Positions 1 through 14,008 are shown, counted from the first letter of the stretch. The stretch is DNA of 64,000 nt from Felis catus (GCF_018350175.1 NC_058368.1:159900001-159964000); one strand, 5' to 3'. Notes: generated by a model from the sequence alone, not told the origin. A program made the numbers and translations.

Positions 1-841
1 AGAAAATATTTTTAAAATGAATCATTGACTTGGGAGAGGCCAAAAGGGAAACAGATTCAGAGAAGATACCCAGGAGATTCCATTATGTCTATAGACTTTC
101 TCCCAAATATGTGTGCTTACACATGTATAGCAAAATGCTATTGTGTGATAAAGTTAACTTACTGGTGTGGGCTATAATGTTTTCTAAAATTTCTCTATGC
201 TTAAAATAGTTGATAGAAAAAACATTAAAGAATGTTTCAGAAATGTGGCAAGTAGAACGTGATTTCCATCATTTGTGAAGTATGAGCTGCAGAAGGAAAT
301 GTGAGAGTGAGTGGGAGAGTGATATTCTCAAAGAGATAATGGCAAAATACTTTTTAAAATGGATGAAAGACGTGAATCAAGATTTAAACACACCCTTTGT
401 GAATTCTCGTGAACACACACCTTTCTTAAGGAAATATTAAGCTTGAACTAAGATGTGTTTGGCTATAATTTGTACCAGAAGAATCAAAGCATGTGGGCTG
501 GGATGGAACAAATTTGTTATCAAACTGGAATACCAAACATTAAGTATTCTTATCTGCCTGCCAATGAATAGAAATTAAACCATTGGTAAAATTCCCTTTT
601 TAGACGACATGGTTAGATGTTATGCAATAGAAAGGACATACAGTGTGGAGGAGCAATCATTTTTTTCTGTGTGCTAGCAGATAATTTACTTCATTGTTTA
701 TCATTGGTGATCAAGGTGATGATTTAGATTATGTATGTAATACATATACGGTAGAAATATTTGGTGATAGATTCTTGTTTTGTTTATCACTGAAAGCCCA
801 GACTATATGAGAATAGACTTTTCATTTGGTAACTGGTTTTT

Positions 842-874
842 TGTTTGTTTGTTTATAAATGTTTGTTTATTTCT

Positions 875-922
<48 letters not shown>

Positions 923-1064
923 CAGGGAGAGAGGGGGACAGAGGATCCCAAGCAGGCTCCGGCTGACAGCAGAGAGCCAGATGTGGGCTTGAACTCACGA
1001 ACCACTAGAACATGAGCTGAGCTGAAGTTGGATGCTCAACCGACTGAGCCACCCAGGTGCCCCC
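842..1064 (-). mobile_element. Can-SINE
   Basis: tRNA-like head, (CT)n tract, tail; TSD gtaactggttttt at 829 and 1066. Confidence 0.9.
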
Positions 1065-1119
1065 AGTAACTGGTTTTTGTTTGTTTTTCTGTTTTTGTTT
1101 TTGAGCCATAATATAGATG

Positions 1120-1450
1120 GGGGTGGGGTGGTATTAAACTATGGCCCACAGGCCAAATCTGACCAACCACCTGTGAGCCCCCTAGCTAACAACAGCTTTT
1201 ATACTTTCAAATGGTAAAAAAAATAACAATACTCATAATAATTAACACTAAATTTCCTGATGTGTGAAAATTATGTGAAATTAAAATTTCAACATTCATA
1301 ACGGTTTTTAACACAGGCACTTTCCTTTATACAGTGTTTCTTGCTACTTTGATGCTACAAACAGTAGTTGCAACAGAGAATGTAGGGCCTGTAAAACCTG
1401 AAATATTAACTCTGCAGCATTTTAGAGAAAAAGTTTACTAACCCTCCTGC
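1120..1450. mobile_element. MER58B-like hAT MITE
   Basis: aaactatggcccacaggccaaatctg start; gaaaaagtttactaaccc end. Confidence 0.6.
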
Positions 1451-2919
1451 CGTAGACTCTAAACGTGTATCTCAAAACACTCCAGCTGATATGCAGAAGG
1501 AAGAGACATAATTGGAAATCATCTATAGATTAATACCAATTTATACACTGCTTAATTCACAGAGAAGAGTTAGTTACGTAGAGAATATGACAGTCATGAT
1601 TCAGCACTAATTGAAATTGTGAAAAATATTACTATAAACTGTGGTTGTGACTGTAACTCCTTCCCATAAGCTATGTGAAGAAATATGAGTTAGTAAGTTT
1701 CTCTGCTTTTACATTCGACAGTAAACTGGCTTTGAAGGGAGAGTTGCTTACATGAGTTTTTGAAAGGAGGGATGACGTGAACACACTTGAAATACCAGCA
1801 GGCAAAACATTTTTACTTTAATGTTGTATCACTCCAGCGAATAGCCAGCGAATGGGTTTCTAACAGCTCAAAACCCATATCCCCACAATTTTGTATTGCG
1901 AGTAGCATAAAACTGTTTACAGGAAGACAAAACTGTAATTCGAATTATTGCATTGTGGAGTTTGACTCTGCAAACACTTGGTTTTGGTTTTTTTTTTTTT
2001 TCATTCTTTGGAAAATGTAATAAATAATTTATTTTGGGGCCAAATGTCTCCAGATCTAAATGAAACTTACAAATTCAACTGTATATGTCAAAGCAACCAA
2101 CCTTAAAAGTTAATTGTTGCTATTGCTGTTTTTAGTTTGACGGCCCACTTATAGTGTGCAACGAAGCGACTGAAAGTAAGCAATCTCTTTTAACTTTGAG
2201 ATTCCTGTTCAATTCAAACATGAAAACCCAATTGTTATCAGTCGCTCCCATTCTCAGTTATACACAAATGTGATTTTTTAATTAAAATAAAATTGAGCTG
2301 AAGATAACAAATCCCCCAGATATGGAATTTCACTATGCTAATTTCATGAAGACCATACACTGTCATTCCTCTCTACGATTTCAAACAAAGATCATACATG
2401 GTTTAAGCAGTGTTCCCCTTTTAAAGTTGTGATGAAGTCTTGTTTTTTGTTATCTCCCTAAATATTGGTTGCTATGCTTTACATATAAAGTGGCCCAAAG
2501 CTACTGGAAGTTTGCATTAAATGTTCAAAAATAAAGTTTTTTTAAGAAGTATATGGTAATAATAGCATGAAGCAAATAGGAACTCAAGTAGGAACTCAAA
2601 GTCTTTGCTAATAGATATGTTTCAAGGCCCAGAAAATTATACAATCAAAAGGCACAGAAGTATGAAACATTACGTACATTTGTGAGTGGTGAGTAGACCA
2701 GTTCCCTGGAGTGCAAAAGTTAATATATGGAAGATTGTGTTTCTGGCATAATGGATAAAAGAAGTAGGAGAAATGTGCCATAAATAAGGACAAAGATTGG
2801 AATGTATCATGTTCTACTAAACACATTGATTACAAAAAAAGCAAAAAGGATTTTCAACCTAGAATTCTGATGTCTTCCCTATTATCCATTAAGTTGGAGG
2901 TTTGAAAAAACACATTTTT

Positions 2920-3138
2920 TTTAATTTTTTTTTTTCAACGTTTATTTATTTTTGGTACAGAGAGAGACAGAGCGTGAACGGGGGAGGGGCAGAGAGAGAG
3001 GGAGACACAGAATCGGAAACAGGCTCCAGGCTCTGAGCCATCAGCCCAAAGCCTGACGCGGGGCTCGAACTCACGGACCGCGAGATCGTGACCTGGCTGA
3101 AGTCGGACGCTTAACCGACTGCGCCACCCATGCGCCCC
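2920..3138 (-). mobile_element. Young SINEC_Fc-like element
   Basis: CpG-rich; perfect 18-bp TSD ttgaaaaaacacattttt at 2902 and 3139. Confidence 0.95.
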
Positions 3139-4064
3139 TTGAAAAAACACATTTTTAGAAATATGCTATCAGAAACTTAATTCCTATTTACCCTTTTTCA
3201 GAATGCTGTTGGAGGATATGCTCCACAAAAATAAGGGGATAAACCAAGAAAGGACGTATGTGATCCATGAACCATCCAACACAGGAGGGAATCAAACAGG
3301 ATCCCAAAACGAGGTAAAGGAAGATCCTAAGACTATCTCTGTGCAAGAAGCTAGAGGCCCACCCATCCCAAATGAGAAAAATCAGTAGACTTGGAAAAGG
3401 CTTCTTAAAGATGGAATTGGAAGAGTACTCAATGTGTTGGAACACATTAATTGAAGATTTGTACAATTGAGGGAGAATTTGGAAGTGAGTTGAGTACATA
3501 AAGCTATGTAAATGATAAATAAGACATAATTCCAAGGAAAACAAAATATTGTGTAGATGAGACAGAGTAATCATAATGTACTGTTTGTTTGACTCAGCAG
3601 CAGACAGTGTTTACTAGGTCATCATAATATGAAAACTGAATATTATTTCTATTAAGGTTCTATCTATACAGGAAAGATCACCATGGCAACTCTGTGTGGG
3701 ACTAAGATGGAATAAAATTGAACTAAATCCTCTTCTTTCTAAATGAAAAGTTAATAGTGAATGCCTAAAATGGTAAGACTGAGAAGTAGCCTTACACACA
3801 TTGTATTTAGGTATATGTTAGTTACAGCCATTGGATCAGGCAGGAGAGTCTAAAAAGGCAGGCAAATAATGTGAGGGCTAAGTGGGGCAGACAGAGGACT
3901 ATTCTTTTTCATAATACGTTTCTGGAGGTATCTATGTCTTTATAATATGTGTATTTTTAATTTCCATAAAAATTAAAAAGTACATTTCAAACAGTTAAAA
4001 TGCAGAATACAAAATCATATCTATTGTAATATGAACAAGAATTAAAAGAAGGTATGAACTAATA

Positions 4065-4196
4065 GGGACACCTGGGTGGCTCAGTTGGTTAAGCCTCTGA
4101 CTCTTCATTTTGGCTCAGGTCATGATCTCATAGTTTGAACCCCACGTTGGGCAGAACCTTCTTGAGATGCTTTCCCTCTCTCTGTCCAGAGGGCAT

Positions 4197-4230
<34 letters not shown>

Positions 4231-4256
4231 AAAATAAATAAATAAACTTAAAAAAA
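4065..4256 (+). mobile_element. Can-SINE (internally deleted)
   Basis: gggacacctgggtggctcag head; TSD aagaaggtaYgaaYtaata. Confidence 0.88.
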
Positions 4257-5846
4257 AAGAAGGTACGAATTAATAAATATATTGATTTGGAGAAAGAAAT
4301 TTCTTCCTTGAAGAAATAAACAGGATGTTTATTTAGATACAAATGAAATATGGGGCTTGCATCCTTCTCAGTGTTCATCACATGTTCTCAACTCAATTGA
4401 TCTCAAAGGTCTAGATGTGATAAAAGCTTTCTATTTTGTTTTTAGTTAGACAACAAACTTCCAACTAGCTTACATTAATACTTTTCACTGTGCCCATGAT
4501 TTCCAGATTTGCTTGTTTCCTTTGTAGTATGTCCTAAAATTGTTCTGCCTGAAGACATCCTTGGGGTTGAAGACAATGCTGGTTTTTCTTGCCCATTCCA
4601 TCTACATAACTGCCTTTCTCCCAATATACAAAATGAAATGCATGTCCTTCACTCATCCCTCGTTTTACCATGAGACAGTGCCATGATTTGAAAAACCTCT
4701 GGAGCATCAAGCCCTGGGACAAGTCAAAATACTACTTACACAAGTGAATGACTCTCATGAATGGGGAACAAGCATTTTCCAAATCAAGTAGTTTTCAATT
4801 CTTCTTACCACCAAGTAGGAGTATCTAATCCAGTCATTAAACTACTAGACCATTAAAACATTTCTGATGCTCAGTACTGTGATTATCAGCATATGACATG
4901 GGAAGAGTTTAAGGAATCATGTTATTACCTCAACAAAACACTTTCCATTTTTATCTACATATTTATGTGATCAAGTTTGTCAGAATAGAAGAAATAAAAT
5001 TGATGCTGAATCCTGTATCATTCTAAAATAAACATCTCCTCATCCATCTCATCAACATCTACATTTCAAATACAGTTTTACTTTTTAAGTTCAATAATTA
5101 TCAACCTTCATAATATATTTATGCTGTCATGATTAATTATATATTAGTAATAACTAATAATTATGGTCACTTGATTTTTTTTAATATAAACTCTTTCAGT
5201 TTTCTATTTGTTGCAGGAAAAAGTTGAAAGGGCAATCTAGAAAACCCTACAAGTATATATGTTGTGATGGAAGTGGAATTTATATATAAGAAGTAGAAAA
5301 GTACAAATTTTCCAATTTTTAAAGGAAGATTTTCCTTATAATTTTTTTAAGGAATTGCAAAGGTTGTTTGTTTTCAATTTATGATTTTTTAGGGATTACA
5401 AAGTTTGTTTATTTTTGTTTTTAAATTAGTTAAATACAAGGGTGAGTCCAGGCAGGGCAGGAGTAGAGGACCACCACCCATAGAAAGCACAGTTCCTTGG
5501 GACCTCCCTCCTCTGTACCCCACCATCTTAACTTTTATATGGATGGTGATATCTATCAAATTGTCATGTGTTTATATTCCTTTGGATGTATAGAAAATAT
5601 TATATACATTTTATTTCAAAATGTCAGTATTTAAAAATGTATGAGAAATGACATGTTGTAACATAAAAATTATGCCTTCATCTTGAAAATTTTTAGATAC
5701 CAACATAAATAAAGATGCTGAATTTTAAATATCTTAAATTTAGTTATCAATTCTCTGAGGGGATTCACAATTTTTAAAATTATTTTTAAAAGTCTGAGAG
5801 CAAAAATTTTGCAGAACCCCTGCCCACTTTAATGGGTGGATTTCCA

Positions 5847-5860
5847 CTGCCCTCTTGTGG
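5847..5860 (-). promoter_or_regulatory. Candidate CTCF core motif CCACAAGAGGGCAG
   Basis: Close match to the CCAsyAGrkGGCrs consensus; motif only. Confidence 0.4.
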
Positions 5861-7359
5861 TTTCACTGGTGGAACACATGAAGTACAAACCTGGACATGT
5901 GGCATTTTGGAAACACAGGAATTGCACTTCCTTCTTGTTGCATTGAATAAATAGCAACTGGTCATAGAGATGACTACATCTCACATACTCGTACTAGTTT
6001 TATGAAATGAAGATATAGTAAAAGGATTTGAAAGTTAGTATATAACAACCAAATGGGTCAAAAAAACCCAGCTTGTCTGCATTCAATAATTGTGATTTGG
6101 TATTGACCAAGTAACAAGATTTTTGCTTTCCAGAGATATCTAGACTGTACATAAGAGTCTAGACCCATGATGTGGACACCCCATCAGCTGAATGCAAAAT
6201 CAGCCCATACTCTCGGGTTGTTCCCTGTGCAAATGTGGAGTTTACCTCCTTTCCAGTTTCTGCAACAACTTCCTCCTTCCTTGCCCTTTCCCTCCTATCT
6301 CTACCCCCGGGGGCCCCCCATGCTCTGGTGCTGTCAACAACTACAATATCCATTATGAAAAGAGTGTGGCATAGTAGACAGACCAGGGGATAATGAAATC
6401 GGAAAGAATAATGTCTGAATTTTTACCCAACCCATCACTAACTGTGATCTTGGTAGAATTAATAGAATTCTCTTGGACAGTTTCTACAGCAGTAAATAAC
6501 CGACCTCACGGATGCCATGTACAACTGTAAAAACACATAGATAAGGTGCTCAAAAATAGCAACCAAATGTAATTATTGCTATTTTACACTCATGACAGAT
6601 AAGCAGGTCTTTCCATTTGGAGGACACAGAATATAGTCACAAGGAATCACTCCAGGTATCTTGGTCATTTTGAGTTATTCAGTCACAGTAGTGCCATCAC
6701 ATATATCTTCCTTAGTGTTTTTCTTCCTACCCTCTGAGAGAAATATTTCACCTTTTTTCTATCTGTATTAAACTTGCTCACTCTCCTCCCTTCCTCAGGT
6801 GATTGAACTTGGTTTGTAACAGGAAACTAGATGCAGCCTCCACAATTACCAGCCTGCCCTTAGTCACACGCTGACAGCTATGCCATGCTCACTTCTTTCA
6901 CTATGGGGAGGACCTGCTCTCCTCACATGTTCCGACACTCCACCACTCTCACCTTCATGAAGGCTTGACCACCACAATTACCCATTCTCCTCTGCATCAT
7001 CTTGTTTCCTTTCTAACGAAAAATATCCTCATATATCTGCTTCTCTTTAAAACAAACAACTTGTACCCACTAAAAAAAAAAAATCTTTGTATTCCACATA
7101 ACCCTGAAGATAATGATTGATTTCTCTGCTCCCCTTCATCATTAAACATCTTGAAAGTGTTGTCTATATTCACAGTTTCTATCACATGCTTTCTTCAATC
7201 TACTCCATATGGAATAATGTCCTTCCCCTTGACTGAGGCCTGTCAGGGTGAGAAATTTAATTCTGACACCAAATCCAATAAACCCTTCTCTGATCTTAAT
7301 AGATTCCTTGGCAACTTCTGACAGTTGACTGCTCAAATGAGCAAAAAAATATGGCGGAT

Positions 7360-7749
7360 GCAAATGGTATCTTAGGGATGATTTGATGGTAAAGAATATA
7401 AACTCACCCAAAGTAACTTAAGTAGACAAAGATTCATCTGAAAAACAAAAATCTCTACTGTCTCACAAAATCTAAGGGCAGGAAATACAGCCAAGCCCTA
7501 GAAGAGAATTCACTGGGCCTCTCTGAGTACACTTAGTCTCTTGCTCCTCCTTGTCTCTGCGTGTCTGCTTCGTTCTTCTGCTCCTTTGAATACTTCCAGT
7601 ATATAACTTTTTAGGTCAAGGGATCAATAAAGACCCACAAGAGTCTCTTAGGCTCCCTCAATAAATTTCCATGAGAGAGACCGGATTAGTCTAAGCTTAA
7701 ATTGTGCATCTTTTCTCAATCAGCTATGGCCAAGGAGTGGCAGGGTCAC
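7360..7749. mobile_element. Older MLT1-like (MaLR) LTR remnant interrupted by the MLT2
   Basis: caatcagctatggcc...cagggtcac motif recalled from MLT1 family; boundaries approximate. Confidence 0.45.
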
Positions 7750-8211
7750 TGTGATGGTTAATTTTTACATCAATTTGCCTATGCGATGTTGCCCAGTTGT
7801 TTGGTCAAACACCAGTAGATATGCTGCTTTGTAAAGGCTTTTTTAGATGTGATGAACATTTAAATCAGTAGACTTTGAGTAATGCAGATTAACTCCCTCC
7901 TCCCTCCCCTAAATTTGAGGGAGCCTCATCCAATCAGTTATAAGCCTTGAGAGCAAAGACAGTTTTCTCAAAGAAGAACTTTTGTTTCAAGTCTGCAGAA
8001 TAGAAATTCTCAGCTTCCAGCCTTCGGACTTGTTATAAGGATTTGGGACTCAGTAGCCCCCAAAATCATATGGCCCAGGGCCTTAAAGTTAAATCTTTCC
8101 CTCTCTCCCTTCCCCTTCTGACCCCTTCCCTTCTCTGTCTATAAATACAGATAGGTAGATAGGTAGATATAGAGATAGAAATTGTTTCTCTGGAAAACCC
8201 TGACTAATACA
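7750..8211 (+). mobile_element. MLT2-type (ERVL) solo LTR
   Basis: Starts TGTGATGGTTAAT, ends CCCTGACTAATACA; perfect 5-bp TSD GTCAC at 7745-7749 and 8212-8216. Confidence 0.85.
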
Positions 8212-8559
8212 GTCACAAAGAGCAAACCTGACCACAGCAGTCTCTTCTGTTACTGGAGAGCAGGTGTAGGAGACAGGATACGAACAGAGTGGCCCCAGCT
8301 GTGTTATATATATGAGTATCAGAGAATCTCTAACTTATTTATATTTACAGTTCATTGTACATGCTTAAGTTTGGAAATGATGCTCTTTCTGTGTTTATTG
8401 ACAGCAAGGCTATACCACTGGAGCTCAGTCCCACTGTTATTAAATAACCCCTGCCTCAGAGTATTCAAATGGTTCAAATACCAGCCATTTCTAATAAAAC
8501 TCAATGTATTCCTGTCTCTCAACCAGTGCCCTTTTATTTAAGCCCTCTAAGAGATACTC

Positions 8560-11500
8560 ATCCTTTTCTCCTTACTTATTTCACCTCTATTCTTTTTGGG
8601 CTGAGATTTCTTAAGAGAAATATCATGCTAGAATTTCTTTCTCCTGAAAGGGGGAGATAATTCTAGAATATGATAGCAACCAAAATTGGCAATCAGATGA
8701 ATCTAATAACGCTTCATCATCTTTGTTCCATCTCTGAAAACACTAGACCTAATTTTAAAGATATTAACAATTGTTCCCTACTGTATCTTCTGTAGAGCAT
8801 CACACCCCAATAATAAAAGATTATAACAAAATATTATAAGAAGGTTCAGGGCCTCGTTACTTCTGCCCTGGGGATAAGACCTGCCAATATCTCTTTGCCT
8901 TTATTTAGGACAGAAAACATTACAACTTCACAGTAATGCCCAAGGATTTACCAAAAGTCCTTTCTACTTCTCCCCAAATTTAAAAGCAGTTTTAGATGAT
9001 ACAGAGTTACCTGAAGGCTCTGTTTTCTGACCATTTGCAGACGACTTGCTTTCTGTGCTCTCCTTCTCAGGGCTCTTCACAGGAAGATAGCATCCACCTG
9101 TTACAACTTTTAGCCTTAAGGGGACACAAAGTCTTCATGGAGAAATTGCAATTTGCTTACACTAAACTTTGCTATTTGGGGCACCCAATTTCAGAACAAG
9201 GGCTACATTTAGATCCAAATAGTTTCCATGGCATCTTCAACTTGCCCAAACCGAAAATTAAGTGCCATTTACAAGGTTTTCTCAGACAATCAGGCTACTG
9301 TATGAAAAAAACAACACATATGACCCTATCATTTGGGGAGATCAGGATGATTTATCCTTTAAAACCCTAAAGGAAAGCTTAAAGAAATCCCCTGCTCTTG
9401 ATCATCCCAATGGCCAACTTCCTATTTTCCTCTCCCTCCTAAACTCTCATCACACTTACCCACTCCCCACATAACTAATCTTCACCCTGCTACCCTCCCT
9501 CCCTCTTCTGTGGATGGTGCTCTCAGGACTATTTAATAGATCACCCCCCTGACCCTGCCTGATGTCTTACCAGAAACTCCTGGATATGCTATATCAACTC
9601 CTTTTGAAGTCATCTGCCCTTGGTTACCTCGGCCCAACAGTCTGAACTGTCTTACTTCAGCCTGTATTTTAGCCAAAAACAAAACTGCATATTCCTATAG
9701 GACAATAGGTATGCTTTGCAGTAGCTCATGACTTTAGAACGCCACAAAGAGCACTGCTCTCAAAGGAGCCAATAACCAAACTCCTGTCGTGGCCCAAGAG
9801 ATGTTCCTCCAAATGATAATCTAGAAATGTTGAGCAGAGATGCCCAACAATTGGATCTAGAAAAGGAAAACCAATATTGGAAATCTACTAATTGTTTTTT
9901 GGTTAAAAAAAGAAAACTCCGGCTTAGGCCAAATAAGAATCCAGTCTTGCCAGAGACTCTGAATTTCCATTACTGACTGCTACCCATGCATTGAATCATT
10001 GGCATACTGGGAAAAAAATGATAATCTTCATGGACCAACACTGGTGGCGAAATATTAATATGGCTGCAAAAAGTGCCTACTTTGCTTGCCTACCCCACCT
10101 GCCAAAATGCAATTCAAGAAAACCTGTCCACACTGCTCCCAGGTACTTTACATTCCCTAAAGGAGGTTTGATATTCGGGGCCCCTCATTTCAGAACAAGA
10201 AAAGATCTTGATCTACTAGAAAAGATTATCCCCACCTGAGGAACCGCCCTGGAACTTCATAGTGATGGGGGAACTCACTTCACTGGGCAAATGCTCGTAA
10301 AGGTCTGTGCTGTTTGGTTGGCCAGTTTTACACTTCCACTGTGCTTACCACCCTCAGTCCTCAAACACAAAAACTGCATAATTAAGACCCAATTAGCAAA
10401 CTTTGCAGAGACCCTTCAGATACCTTGGCCAAAGGCACTGCCATTAATCCTTCTAAATCTCTGGTCTACCCCTTTTGACGTTATTGTAAAGTCCTGTTTA
10501 ACCACGCTTTAGTAGAACAATCTTTACACAGCACACCCCAGGGGGCGAAGACCTTAAACATCGCACCTTGCAGCCTGGAGATTTTGTCTATCGGAAGCGA
10601 TATCTCCAGAAAGACTGCACCTCTGTTGGAAAAGCCCCTCTCAGGTACTGCTGACCAACCCTTATGCAGCCAAACTCCAAGGAGTAGACTCTTGGATCCA
10701 TGTGTTGCATCTAAAGAAGGCACCAAACCCTGACTGGACCTGACACCAACGGGTGGCCTGAAAATAAAGATTTCCAGGAACTGAAGCAGCTCAAGGAGAT
10801 AGTTTTCCAGGGATGACAGAACCAGGCTTGTATGCCTTTTTCTTGCTGTTGCTGCTTACCTTGTTTCCTTCTTTATTTTCTTGACCCAATTTGTTGCAAA
10901 AAAGAGGAAAACTCTCTGACTATTGGATCTATTATCAGAAACTCCAGTCTATTCATGATGCCAGGGATCCCTTGGTCTTATCAGCAAGCAAGTATCCCAA
11001 AATTATATCTGCAAGACCTATTCAGTTATGCTGTTAGAGCCAGATGTTCTCATGCCTGTTTTAACCTTTCTCTAACCATAGCCATACTTCTTTAGCTGGT
11101 TGCCTTCAACCAGGTTGAAGTAACCTGGTTGCTCCTGGTTTAGAACTACATACAAACTGGAGTCATTGTCCTGTTATATAATCATTTTTAAACATTGTGC
11201 GTGTGGTCAAATCTCTACAGAAGTGATGCACCCAGGTGGGTGGTGTTAGCTCAGCACTTAGAGATGATATCCAATGCTTACAACCTTGATAAGATATAGA
11301 CCTCAGCTGGAAAATACCTGAGATTTTTTTTTTGCCCTCATTCCCTTCCTTTTAGTCAAATATGGCCTCAATGGTTTGCAATCTGTGCACTTTCCCTCTG
11401 ACGTGAAACAGGACAACCTGTAAATGTCCTTTCTGGCACCAAGGGACAAAACCACTGAATATCAAAAACCTGATCTTGGGGCACCTGGGTGGCTCAGTCA

Positions 11501-11715
11501 GTTAAGCATCTGACTTCAGCTCAGGTCATGGTTCGTGAGTTTGAGCCCCACACTGAGCTCTGTCAGTGCAGAACCCACTTTGAATCCCCTGTCTCCCTCT
11601 CTCTCTCTCTCTCTTGCTCTCTCTTCAAAAAATAAATAAACATTAAAAAAACAAACAAACATCCTGATCTTGAGCAGTAGTGTTTTGAGGAAAGATCTTA
11701 ATCAAAAGGGGGAAA
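8560..11715 (+). mobile_element. Degenerate ERV1 (MER34-int-like) internal region with pol RT/RNaseH/IN and env remnants
   Basis: RT remnants (TVMP-GF..SP, FADDLL, YLGH), integrase H..H/C..C, LELHSD-GTHFTG, WPKALPLILL, WIHVLHLKKA; many stops, frameshifts and deletions; PPT aaaagggggaaa at 11704-11715. Confidence 0.8.
11478..11660 (+). mobile_element. Can-SINE inserted in the ERV
   Basis: Head and tail; TSD cctgatctt. Confidence 0.9.
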
Positions 11716-12065
11716 TGTGAAAATAAATAAAAGAAAACCTCATTTAAAATGGAATCAGGAAGCCCCAAAGGGTGATCTTTCATGTACTGTCAGTCACTGC
11801 AAGAAGTCTACCTGATATTTCCCAAGAGGAAACTTACTTTACATACTCCAGCAGTGGGAAGGAAGAGTTTCTCCTTGTCCAGCAACAGCCCAGCTAATGA
11901 GAACTCAGTGAAACACTCCTCTCAGCTTCCTCCTTTCTTCTGTAAAAGTAAGCCCATCTCTGTTCTCCAGACTTGCTTCTGGTTCACCATAGTTTATTTG
12001 TCCTGAAATCCAATTCCTCTGCTATTCCCCAACAAACTCAATAGCTGGCTTTTTGATGGCCAACA
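11716..12065 (+). mobile_element. ERV1 3' LTR (MER34A-like)
   Basis: TG start immediately after the polypurine tract; ends ...ggccaaCA. Confidence 0.7.
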
Positions 12066-12802
12066 AACATAAACGACTTCTAGTAGCCAAAACAATATGA
12101 AAAATGTACAAAGTTGAAACACTCTTACTGTATGACTTCAAGAATTTAATATAAAGCTATCATAATCAAGACTATTTTATTTTAGCATAGGCATGGATAT
12201 TTAGTCAATAGAATAGAATGTTCAGAAATAGACACACATTTGTGGTCAACTGATTTTTTTTTTTATAAACTAGTCAAATAACTCAATAAGGAAAATTACT
12301 CTTTTCAGTAAATGATACTGGAGAAACTGGATATCCACATGGAGGAAAATGAACCCCAACTATTCCTCTCATCATACAGAAAAATTAAGTCAAAATGGAA
12401 CAATGACCTAAATAACTCTTCTAAGAAAAACACAAGAAATTTTTTGATTTTAGGGTAGACAAAATCTCCTTATATAGGTGTGATACAAAATGTATGAAAT
12501 ATTAAGGAAAAAGTTAGAAAATGGACATCATAAAAATTTAAAACTTTTGCTCTTTAAAAATTACTGTTAAGAAAAAAACCTTTTAGGTTTGGAGAAAATA
12601 TTTACAATACATATATTTGATAAAAGATTAGTATTAAAAATATGTTATTTACATTTACATAAAATATTTATTTAAAATGCTTAGAGAGGATGTTGATAAT
12701 GCAGGAGGCTGTGCATGTGTGAGGGAAGGGGATCGATGCAAAATCTCTACCTTCTGCTCCATTTTGTTATGAATGTAAAACTGCTTTAAAAAATAAAATC
12801 TA

Positions 12803-12995
12803 GTGATGCGTGGGTGGTTCAGTCAGCTGAGCATCCAACTCTTGATTTCCACTCAGGTCATGATCCCAGGATCGTGGGATTGAGCCCTGCGTTGGGATCC
12901 ACACTCAACATGGAGCCTGCTTAAGATTCTCTCTCTCTGTCTCCCTAAGCCCTTCTCCATCGCTCACATGTGCATTCTCTGTAATAAAATTTTAA
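12803..12995 (+). mobile_element. Older Can-SINE
   Basis: gggtggttcagtcagctgagcatcc...ggagcctgcttaagattc; TSD aaaatcta. Confidence 0.85.
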
Positions 12996-13549
12996 AAATC
13001 TATTAAAAAACTGGGACAGAAAAAAATGCTTACAACTTGTAACAAGAAAGCAAACAATCCAACTACAAAATGGGCAGAAGTTTTGATAGGTACTTCACAT
13101 AAGACATATAAATAGCCAAAGGCACACAAAGAGATTAATATCAGTCACCAGTAACATGCAAAATAAAACCATGTCATTGCATTACATAACTATTATAATA
13201 GCTTAAAAAAGAAGACTATAGCTAGTGCTGGCAAGGATGCAAAACAACTGGAACTTTCATATAAAATGCTACAGCTACATTGTACAAGTTTGCCAGCCTC
13301 ATTAAAAGTTCATTAAGTGTTTACCATATGATTTGCCAATTATTTTCTAAGATATTTACCCAAGAAATGAAAACATATGCACAAAACAATGTGTAAAGAA
13401 ATTTTCATAGAAGTTTTATTTATATTAGTTAAAAGCTGTAAACCCATTCGTTAGGTGAACAGTATAGCTACACAGTGGAGTATTATAAAGCAATAAAAAG
13501 GAACTACAGATACATGCAACATTAACTAATCTTACAAACACTATATTGA

Positions 13550-13765
13550 GGGGCATCTGGGTGGCTCAGTCGGTTAAGCGTCCAACTTCAACTCAGGTCA
13601 CGATCTCGCTGTCCTTGAGTTCAAGCCCCACGTGGGGCTGTGTGCTGACAGCTCAGAGCCTGGAGCCTGCTTCAGATTCTGTGTCTCCCTCTGTCTGCCC
13701 CTCCGTTGTTCATGCTCTATCTCTCTCTGTCTCAAAAATAAATGTGTTAAAAAAAAATTTTTTTT
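13550..13765 (+). mobile_element. Can-SINE
   Basis: 15-bp TSD aaacactatattgag at 13536 and 13766. Confidence 0.92.
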
Positions 13766-14008
13766 AAACACTATATTGAGCAAAAGAATCCGGACAAAAA
13801 AAGAGTGTGTGATTTCATTAATTTACTTACTAAACTCTAGTTGGACAAATGTAATCTGTAGTAATATAAAGTAATATAAGGCCAATCAGTAAGTGCTTTC
13901 CTGAGCTATCTTTTAAGTGTAGGGATTGACAGTGAAGGGGACAATGAGCACTTCTAGGGTGATGGAAATATTCTGTATCATGATTATGTTAATATATATA
14001 CATTTCTC

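Noticed and set aside
430..810. Possible processed pseudogene (fragments like QCGGAII, GDQGDDLDYV)
   Set aside because: Stops in the frames examined and no protein I could recognise; BLASTX would be needed.
3188..3574. 128-aa minus-strand ORF, and the similar 132-aa ORF at 30948-31346
   Set aside because: No recognisable domain; both appear to overlap degraded LINE sequence and have low-complexity hydrophobic composition.
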